A stretch of 38,392 bases of DNA from Trichomonas gallinae. Taxonomy: Eukaryota. Positions 31,501 to 38,392 of the stretch are shown here, piece after piece (the stretch's first letter is position 1; each line of letters starts with the position of its first letter). The stretch is taken from the NCBI GenBank assembly GCA_008369845.1, contig MRSU01003228.1, forward strand, positions 1 through 38,392, written 5' to 3'. Made by a program: the position numbers and the translations under genes. The notes beneath the pieces are model-generated. The model saw only the letters and a list, made by a program, of their open reading frames with translations, had not been told where the DNA came from and made no database searches.

Positions 31501-34500
31501 TTAATATGAAAAGCAATAGCATGCCAAACTGCCAGATGTCGAACGCAGAAGTCCACTCTGAAGGAGGCCTGTGGAAGAACTCTGGAGGAAGGAATGGATT
31601 GCTTGGATCAGTGAACTTTGGCGGAAGAGGAATTGGATTTGAATCCGGAAACTGGGCGTCCAAAAGTGATCCAATCATCACTTGATTCATGTGTCCGTTC
31701 AGATAAATATTGTCTGGATACAATGTTCGCAAGATGATGTTCTTCTGATGCAAATTGTAAAGCATGCACAAACATCTGCTGCAGATGCTTTTTGCGACAC
31801 TCAAAAAACGAGGATCGGCACCCAAAAATGAATGGACTTTGAGGAAATAAGTCAAGGGAAGAGCTCGCATGTCTTCTGATGTGATAATTTTTGCGAAGCC
31901 TTCCTGTGATGTCGCTGGAGTAATTAATGGAATGTTAACTGACACTTTTCTTGTCGCGAAAGCAAATTTTGACACATTTTCCAGATGATTCTTGAACAAT
32001 TCGAAATCATCTGGAACGAATTTCAACTGCCTCATTAACTGCTTCTGGTCCATGTCTCTTCCATATTCAATCTGTCTTGGGAACATGTCAATTGATGACT
32101 GATGGAAGCAGTCGTTAAGTTGTGGGTTCCTAAAAGGCATCATTGTGAATTTAATGTTTGGATCTGGCTCTTTCTGAGTCTGCTTGAAATCAATTCCAGC
32201 AACAGGAAGCATTTTGTCCAACAAGTTCTTCTCGAATGACTTGTTGACGTTCTCTTGAACTCGCTTCATAAGTTCATGTTTGACAATATCGGCCAAAATG
32301 TCAAGTTTTGTGACTTTCCTGGTGAGTGTATCGATCTGGAATCTAGAGAGCCACTGCCTTGACGTTGATTCTGCTGATTTTCCTTCAACTGCTTTCGATA
32401 TTGTGAAAGCTGAAAGAGAATAATTTAAGCACGAAAGTGGATTGATTGCTTTGATTATTGCTTCCATGTCTTCCATCGAAAAAACAACATCACAGATAGA
32501 ATTGTAGACGCCTTGCGTTAGAACAGGGAGCTGATGTGTTATGACTGTTTCTTCGTGAGGAGAATTCTCATCTGTCCTCTTTTTGTCATCTGGAGCGAAT
32601 CTGAGCAAAAATTGGTTGAAATTAGATAAATTATCTGTCAAAATTCCTGCGCGCTTCATATAATGGAATGCTTCGTATGCTGTGATCTTCTTCTCTTCTG
32701 TTGGAGGAAGGAAAGGATAAATTTGCCTGTAGAGAGCTTTATTTATGCTTTCTGTCAAAGAAAACGGTTTTGCGCCAGGATAGAACAAGTTTCTCATTTG
32801 GCCGCTGATTGCTGCTGAATCGAAATGATCCAAGACGCTCATTTTAGACAAGAAAACGTTCCTCTTGTTATCTCTTGAATGCAATGTTTGATTGCACTCT
32901 TGGATTCCTGTCTTTTGTGCCTGTAATGGCTCGTAATAGTTGAATGTGTCGAATTCGTTTGCAGGAACTGCTTGCGAATCGTTGACAACAGATATAGTGC
33001 TGACAGAACCATTTGGAAGAGAGCCAATAACAAATGCAACCTTATCTGTGATGCTTAACACACTGATTTTTGTTGGAGCTGAAGTAAATCTTTGAGATCT
33101 AAACTCAGTGAACATCATTCTTGACTCTGTGTACTTCATTGGACCTAATATTGTATCAGCAATCTTTCGCTCGTATGGACTCTGCAGCTTATTCTCTGGT
33201 ATTCTAAGAGGAATCTGAATATCTTGACTCAAATATGCTCTCAAGCAGGAATCTTCGCACGCAACATATAAAACTGGCGGCTGCTCTGTTGCTGCGACAT
33301 CAATTGGTGGGGATGGAACAGAAAATGAGCCAATTGGTTTAATTAATTCGATTCTGTTGTTTAATTCGTAAAGATAGATTGTTCCATCCAATGACCAGAC
33401 AGTAACGAACTTGCCACAGAGTTTAAACCTAGAAATATTCTTCATTTCCCTGTTTCGAATAATATATTTGTGATTGAAGTCCATCGAGTAAATATAAATA
33501 TCAGCAGTATCAGAAAATCTGCAAATGAAGCCGTATGGTTGTCCATTGAACGCAATTGGAGTCATTTCAGATAATTTTGTGAATGCGTAGTTAATATTGT
33601 ACAAAGATTCACGTGATATCATCAGAGTAGGCTGCAAAGTCATAGGATCGACACAATACAAGTGTCCGCCTTGATACATCAAATTCACCCACAACATTCC
33701 GAAAGAATCGAATGTGAGATAGTTTGATGACTTAGGAATCTTGTTTTGGACATGGAACTTCCTTGAAATGATTGATGCACCTTGTCCAAAAAGATGCAAA
33801 TTCCATCTACTGTCAAAGCCAACAATTTGGCCGCTAAATGGTTGTACAGCAACGTCAAGAAGAGGAGCTGCTGTTTGATAACGAGAAGCTTGCAAAACTC
33901 TGTCGCTTGTGAAATTTTCAAACGTTAAAAGTGCCCATGATGAACATGAAGCGACAACATACAAACCACGGTCACTAAATGCGACAATCTCTTTGGCTTT
34001 CTTGACTTGAATCGGTTTTGTGCATCTTTGTAATAAAAATATGAATGGGCATTGAACTGGCCTTTTTGAGTACCTGTCATTGCGAGATCGTAAGTCATCA
34101 CATTGATCTAAGTATTTGTTGAACGTTGAAATGAATTGTGGCAGTAATTCAGATTTTGCCCACTGAACAGTTGCTTTTTGTTCATATAAAAGATCATCTC
34201 TCGTGTTTTGAGCCATTCTCCTTGGATCTTTGTCGTGCCAAGGAGGTGGTAAATCGATTAATGTTTTTCGTTTTGTAGATTGTTTCTTTTTTGGCGCTGA
34301 ATCTTGATTTGCTGTCTCTTGTTCGACTACTGGAACAGCTGTCTGCGCTCTAGAGAGTGCTTCTCTGAGATGCGATGCTTTTGTAGGCGAAGGATTCGGT
34401 AAGTCGTTAATTGTACCGGTAAGTGTTGTAGTTGTGTAGTCTATTGCGCATTGATCCCTTGATATTGCAGGATAAAAGCTTAAAAGATCATCGAATTTCG

Positions 34501-34774
34501 ATAAATAATCTAATTCTTTTCTCGTGTTTTTTCTTTGTCTATAACGGCGAACAACTCTTCCAATTAGCTTAAGCGCGCATATTTCTTTGACTTTTTGGAT
34601 CTTTTGACGCATTAAATGAAATTTCCAGGCATTTTGAATAATCAAAGCTTTTCGATTTTCAAGATCTAGCATCGAAAGATGCCTCCTGTAACTGTAGCCA
34701 CGGAAAATAGATTGTATTTTGGTGACAACATCAAATATTTTCATTTTTGGAAGAGTTTCTTCGTTGTCACCCAT
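28535..34774 (-). CDS. 2079-aa multidomain protein: IQ motifs, putative beta-propeller, degenerate protein-kinase domain, helical (ARM/HEAT-like) C-terminus
   Basis: IQSIFRGYSYRR and IQNAWKFHLMRQ (IQ motifs); beta-rich segment with WD-like VTVWSLDGTIYLY and VACEDSCLRAY; kinase subdomains LHQKNIILRTLYPDNI, FLPPEF, FDIWQFG and CLQIDPAKRP. Confidence 0.8.
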   Translation of the reverse strand: MGDNEETLPKMKIFDVVTKIQSIFRGYSYRRHLSMLDLENRKALIIQNAWKFHLMRQKIQKVKEICALKLIGRVVRRYRQRKNTRKELDYLSKFDDLLSFYPAISRDQCAIDYTTTTLTGTINDLPNPSPTKASHLREALSRAQTAVPVVEQETANQDSAPKKKQSTKRKTLIDLPPPWHDKDPRRMAQNTRDDLLYEQKATVQWAKSELLPQFISTFNKYLDQCDDLRSRNDRYSKRPVQCPFIFLLQRCTKPIQVKKAKEIVAFSDRGLYVVASCSSWALLTFENFTSDRVLQASRYQTAAPLLDVAVQPFSGQIVGFDSRWNLHLFGQGASIISRKFHVQNKIPKSSNYLTFDSFGMLWVNLMYQGGHLYCVDPMTLQPTLMISRESLYNINYAFTKLSEMTPIAFNGQPYGFICRFSDTADIYIYSMDFNHKYIIRNREMKNISRFKLCGKFVTVWSLDGTIYLYELNNRIELIKPIGSFSVPSPPIDVAATEQPPVLYVACEDSCLRAYLSQDIQIPLRIPENKLQSPYERKIADTILGPMKYTESRMMFTEFRSQRFTSAPTKISVLSITDKVAFVIGSLPNGSVSTISVVNDSQAVPANEFDTFNYYEPLQAQKTGIQECNQTLHSRDNKRNVFLSKMSVLDHFDSAAISGQMRNLFYPGAKPFSLTESINKALYRQIYPFLPPTEEKKITAYEAFHYMKRAGILTDNLSNFNQFLLRFAPDDKKRTDENSPHEETVITHQLPVLTQGVYNSICDVVFSMEDMEAIIKAINPLSCLNYSLSAFTISKAVEGKSAESTSRQWLSRFQIDTLTRKVTKLDILADIVKHELMKRVQENVNKSFEKNLLDKMLPVAGIDFKQTQKEPDPNIKFTMMPFRNPQLNDCFHQSSIDMFPRQIEYGRDMDQKQLMRQLKFVPDDFELFKNHLENVSKFAFATRKVSVNIPLITPATSQEGFAKIITSEDMRALPLTYFLKVHSFLGADPRFLSVAKSICSRCLCMLYNLHQKNIILRTLYPDNIYLNGHMNQVMIGSLLDAQFPDSNPIPLPPKFTDPSNPFLPPEFFHRPPSEWTSAFDIWQFGMLLLFILTGQLPRSYGIELMSSLTEEQIQEAENKKGEFHESILSHAPIYPKPNFFYDWLEDFKIVGSLEKCTGECGECFIQCDEELRRPSILDLEHYSLLPYKNTKLNYDESKLFIEIIATCLQIDPAKRPPVEKLLRTYPFNQPSTFAETVDLYLRVHNPDIFVSQFIFPVFNSVNVDTFSFALGVAESLMFHDEHDENDAQFSYPLDMPANWRVVQTMYQLRFIDHLVEFVIKKIASEIQLSDVVPSITYHNKMFSKLLHFFMRFVSSVEPGQGPLTPYTNETIMALFGLYAANPYLPFSSAQLANNFDASSWLQVQDMSTLFMFTHTKVHGLIRYILSTSVFIVNSLKRTEEHNDWYFNQFLSFGEAASNLAHSLCYGIEKQKGNAIKTLCSMFSGGMSTAAARMFVDFKICHKVLHCLHLQSARSEAVSFLLAVLRASSTKAYDPAYQILYKTVVSPITILHSANMIKVVASNDSVRNQTLNVIKEIIMGNSYCSTIDITMGGIMWDLFETLREQQINNLVVDILRNGCIHTQKVIMESQHLQKYLVAADIPIIPQIDYNQLSMTLDIAEIRHLGKQLTQMLILYQYSTFRDKLVLQPPINDSIQFFSKAMGVITREAESVTKFFDTQVLRAARFDLKETTFLKAKNKAKEMNVATTQTIIIELCDILLQMFKNICYFWRSSRSHWNELFMNSILEWASQPIPPSRSRCHPMSRVICSFVEMIIYILDEMPRNSPVFIYVLNNIEVIPQIMRRDFMFAKSAAQKNTVEAQVVELYEYQRKLRFHLYISVMKTKVLECVESMIKFFVEEMIANPLSLKCDAMPSLNKMMRFTVQFEAIDMLKYTIANYIRYEKQLKIFAQMVSNDRFIESERKLINIDDNVLLMESGLKLLNLILSSGVITDQNFISNVKLTIQFIKAKYVREFHTRKAVEMDSDSSLLSAKSEYAKDSAKDTLTRRSMVQTAKRAAIVAPNLQSRIRSATSVARRSYTSGQ

Positions 34775-35270
34775 TTTCCAATAAAAACGAGTTTTTCGAA
34801 AATTTGGTATTTGACGTTTGACACTTTACAAAGCTTTACATATCAAAAATATCCCTACTGCACTAATTGATGCTTCAGAAAATGATCGTTTAAAAATATA
34901 TATAGATACTATGTTTACTCAAAAAATCATAACAAAACATCTTGACATTGAGTATTAAAATCATCTGGTAAACTTTGCATTAATTAAAGCTTCAAAAAAT
35001 GCACAAAAACTAATTTTATTGAGTATTACAAATATTGGAATTTTTCAATCTGCATTATCCTACAGCTCTAGACTTTAAATATCACACCTATAGATACTCT
35101 CTCAGAATTATCAAAATGAAACTTCTCATATCATGTGATCAATATCAATGAAATAATATTGTATCAATTATAGGTACAGTTTCCAATAATACAATACACA
35201 AGTTTGATTTTTGTAAATATTTGACATGTAAATATATTTTCTGACAAAATCTGTTAGTGTTCATAGTAGA

Positions 35271-36287
35271 ATGCAGATTCCACGAATTAACATTGGCAGA
35301 TCATCAACGCAGCTTGTTGAGCAGTTTCCTTTATCACCTATCACAGCAAGATCGTTATCAACAGTAAGACGTTCTACGAAAACGCCACATCAACTAACAG
35401 CGCGTGCGAGCACTATTATAATGCGCTCAAATAATACACAGATGCAAAAATTACTAGAATTGAAGGATAATTTAGTACGTTATTCCGAATTTCTCAGTAA
35501 TGCCAATGCTAGACTATCAATTGATGTATATTTTCCAGAACTAATAATCAAGTGTAAGGATCTGGAAAGACATTTCGATATATTATTAGATAATATTAAT
35601 ACATTGAATAACAAATCTCAAGTAAGACGTTCTGTGAAATTAGAAATGTCCAACACTTCAAAGAAGCTATTTGAAGAATATATGCAAAACTGGAAAAACT
35701 TTGATGATGTGGTTTCAGAATTTATTCATAAAGGAAACAAGCCACTGTTTAATATAATACAAGAATTATTATCGGATATAATGATAAAATTACAAAATTT
35801 GAATGATGCGACTTATGATTGCACAAGAGTTACATTGAATGGAACGAATCATTTCAATAAAATACTTTCATTCATAAAGCATGTTAAAAAGGAATGTAGA
35901 ATATACTGCTCCAGAGAAATGCACGATACAGTTGCGCTTGTTAATATTGATGTTCAATTAAACCAAGTTTTTGGAGTAATTAACGAATACATTACTAACC
36001 AGACATCCAGACTGTCAACAAGAAACAGTGAGTTAGTAACAATAAAATCAAATTTGATGATTGATCAGAAAAAATGTGTTTTATATTTAGATTCAATCAT
36101 AGCATTCGATGAAATGACCCAAAATATTCAAGCACAAACTCATGAAATGTCTGTAAATTTAGTATCAATATTCCAAGAAACAGAAAAACGAAAAACTATA
36201 TCTCCCCCAAGGACATCCAGACCTAGAACAGTTTTCTCTTTTACCAGTCCACAAATTATCTGCAAAACTCAAGAGATCAAATTTTAA
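35271..36287 (+). CDS. Hypothetical helical/coiled-coil protein
   Basis: 338-aa ORF with ATG preceded by TCATA. S/T/R/P-rich termini and an amphipathic helical core; no recognised family. Confidence 0.75.
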   Translation: MQIPRINIGRSSTQLVEQFPLSPITARSLSTVRRSTKTPHQLTARASTIIMRSNNTQMQKLLELKDNLVRYSEFLSNANARLSIDVYFPELIIKCKDLERHFDILLDNINTLNNKSQVRRSVKLEMSNTSKKLFEEYMQNWKNFDDVVSEFIHKGNKPLFNIIQELLSDIMIKLQNLNDATYDCTRVTLNGTNHFNKILSFIKHVKKECRIYCSREMHDTVALVNIDVQLNQVFGVINEYITNQTSRLSTRNSELVTIKSNLMIDQKKCVLYLDSIIAFDEMTQNIQAQTHEMSVNLVSIFQETEKRKTISPPRTSRPRTVFSFTSPQIICKTQEIKF

Positions 36288-36493
36288 TTTTTATATTTCA
36301 GTTTAAAATTGTTTGTTTGTAAATACTATGAGATTATGTTACATCATATTAATATAATTTTACATGTATTAGCATAATTTTGCTGAATTTGATAAATTGA
36401 TATAAAAAATATAACTGAAATTTAAATAACATTAAACAAAACTAATTTATTCTTGATTACAGATAAAGAAGGACTATGCTGTTAAACATAAAT

Positions 36494-37093
36494 TTAACAA
36501 CCACAAAATCCTTCATTTGCAACATTATGGGGATCGATTTCTCTAATGTCACCTTTTTGAGTTGATGATAACTGTTGTCTTAGGATCGTTGTAGCCAATT
36601 CTAAGAATAAATCACTTATTCCTTCGCCATCTCTTGCGGAAGTTTCCCTTATAATGTATTTATTCTGATCAGCCCATTGCTTGACTTTGAGGAATGATAC
36701 TTGTTTTGATTCAACGCAGTCGGATTTATTTGCTGCAATTGCAATAACTGTATTTGGACCGGCAACTTCTCTAAACGATCTTATCCATTCACTGAGATTT
36801 TCGAAAGACTTTGCATTTGTCTGGTCAAATACTGCAATTGCGCCTGAAGAATTTCTGAAGTAAATAGGACAAAGAGATTTGAATTTTTCTTGTCCCGCTG
36901 TATCCCAAATTTGTACTTGCAGTATTCTTCCATCAATTTCTTTAGTTATCAGCTGATGTTCAGCGCCAATTGTTGATGGTTGGTTTTCGTTGAATATTCC
37001 GAATACAAGGCGATTTAGTAGTGATGTCTTGCCAACAAGTGTATCTCCAATAACAATGATTCTACAATTTATAATCGAGCTGTCGAGATACAT
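36494..37093 (-). CDS. Rab family small GTPase
   Basis: GDTLVGKTS, STIG, IWDTAGQEKF, NKSD, ETSA and a C-terminal CGC prenylation motif. Inr TCACTTT about 25 nt upstream on the minus strand. Confidence 0.96.
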   Translation of the reverse strand: MYLDSSIINCRIIVIGDTLVGKTSLLNRLVFGIFNENQPSTIGAEHQLITKEIDGRILQVQIWDTAGQEKFKSLCPIYFRNSSGAIAVFDQTNAKSFENLSEWIRSFREVAGPNTVIAIAANKSDCVESKQVSFLKVKQWADQNKYIIRETSARDGEGISDLFLELATTILRQQLSSTQKGDIREIDPHNVANEGFCGC

Positions 37094-37418
37094 TTTTTTA
37101 TAAATAAAACGAAAAGTGACACAAAAATTTTATGTTTATCCCCAATTTTTTTCAATTACAGACTGCCACTAATCGTTAAACAGCTGCACCACCGCATTGC
37201 GTGTGTTCACCGGCCTCTATCTAGATGTTGATGCTGATGTATCATGATTTGATTCCAAAATTGTAGGAATGCCTTCAAAATATAACCTTAATTTGGCAGC
37301 AGTTTCATATCGATTTGAAACAAAAATTGTACTAATAATTTTGGTGTTTTCGAAATACACTCGAAAAATTGGATTCATATCTCATTTAACATAATGTAGA
37401 TGTAGAATCTCACTCATA

Positions 37419-37463
37419 TGACATGTAAATTATCATTTTGACATGTAAATTATTATTTTGACA
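37419..37463. repeat. 20-bp tandem repeat (about 2.2 units) carrying TGACATGTAAA
   Basis: TGACATGTAAATTATCATTT / TGACATGTAAATTATTATTT / TGACA. Confidence 0.8.
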
Positions 37464-37563
37464 AACATGATATTGTTGTATCGTAAAATATATCTAAAAA
37501 TTAATTATAATTTAGGAAAATTCACAAGTTCCTTGAGAAACAAAAACACTAGCTACGAAATAG

Positions 37564-38060
37564 TTAGTTCTCAACGTTTTCAACTAATACAAAAAAAAAA
37601 ATTCCTTGCGAATTAAACTGCAAAATCTTAACGCAGCCATCTCCAAAGTGGCCTCTCTCATATCTGCCTGGTGTTGGAGATGGAAATAACTCATTCCAGC
37701 TCTTAATAGAAATATCATCAAACGTAAAGTTGCTGTAGTGGTAATTTTATTCTCGAAAGGAAATTTTGTCTGGTGTTGAATTCTCAGTTACACTTTTGCA
37801 GTCAGGGTGAACAGAAACGTAAGAAGAGCCTCCTGTGCCTGCTCATAAACGGTGAGTAGCTATTCCGCCCGAAGCACCACCGAAATAGCCCCCACCACCT
37901 GCCCCAACAGTGTAAGTTGGAGGGGAACCATTTCCTCCAAATCCAATTGTCCCATCTTTGCCAATTTATCCTCTAGATGGAGATGCAGAAGCGCCCCAGA
38001 ACTCAAACATGTATCTTCCGGCAGACAAATGTCGATTGTTGCAACAAGGATATTTGTTGG
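37564..38060 (-). pseudogene. Pseudogene of the trichomonad glycine-rich (ALK/LTK-like Gly-rich domain; often labelled PE-PGRS/loricrin) family
   Basis: One frame reads YPC..LSAGRYMFEFWGASASPSRG*IGKDGTIGFGGNG..GAGGGGYFGGASG..*AGTGGSSYVS..*NYHYSNFTF..FPSP..ERGHFGDGCVKI. In-frame stops at 37968, 37845 and 37749. Confidence 0.8.
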
Positions 38061-38392
38061 AATTCGACGATTTCAGGCGTTATTGAAATTTTGCTACATA
38101 AAGTAATTAAGGGTCCGGCCAAATAGTGGCCTATCGTCGCGAGTTTATTTTCATTTTTTTCTGCCATTGGAGCTTTCGGCCTCTATTCAATCAATCTTTA
38201 ATTTATACAAGTTTAAAAATCATCAAAGAATCATTATAGAATTGATAAATTTTATGTTGAAAATTGTAAAAATCATAAAATTTTCGATTTTTCATCGATT
38301 AATCGATAGCCTAAAATCGAAAAATACAATTCATTTTATATTTATTATCTATATAACACAAAATCAATGAATTTTAAAAGTGACATTTTTTT

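Noticed and set aside
2682..36863. Many short antisense or off-frame ORFs nested in long genes (e.g. 15833..16270, 24003..24518, 7286..7501)
   Set aside because: Expected shadows of codon bias and ankyrin periodicity; no independent evidence.
13011..37968. Alternative genetic code to explain the in-frame stops
   Set aside because: Intact genes terminate with TAA or TGA, long ORFs have no internal stops, and the pseudogene's stops are of mixed type.
1..38392. Spliceosomal introns, tRNA and rRNA genes
   Set aside because: I saw no ACTAACACACAG-type 3' intron end, T-loop/cloverleaf or rRNA signature by eye; very short introns cannot be excluded.

Overview
AT-rich, apparently intron-free, gene-dense eukaryotic DNA with the signature of a trichomonad (Trichomonas vaginalis-like). 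That call rests on BspA/TpLRR genes, short R2R3-Myb genes, a DUF3447-ankyrin gene, and Inr (TCAYT), M2 (AAAGTGAC) and M3/M5 core-promoter motifs. About 16 intact genes are supportable: a NEDD8/ubiquitin E2, ribosomal protein S29 (missed by the ORF track), a USP7-like C19 deubiquitinase, two thioredoxins, BspA, LysM-TLDc (OXR1-like), two Mybs, an ankyrin protein, a tail-anchored C2 protein, an ECM29-like protein, a GOST-type 7TM protein, a 2079-aa IQ/propeller/pseudokinase/helical-repeat protein, a hypothetical protein and a Rab. Two disrupted genes are also present: a BspA-like frame behind ATG-CGG-TAA, and a glycine-rich-domain pseudogene. The most notable non-coding signals are an 11-mer TGACATGTAAA found 8 times, all intergenic, and a ~77-bp inverted-repeat (MITE-like) element present as two near-identical copies plus fragments. 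I saw no tRNA, rRNA, CRISPR array or autonomous transposon. All family assignments come from motif recognition by eye, not database searches.
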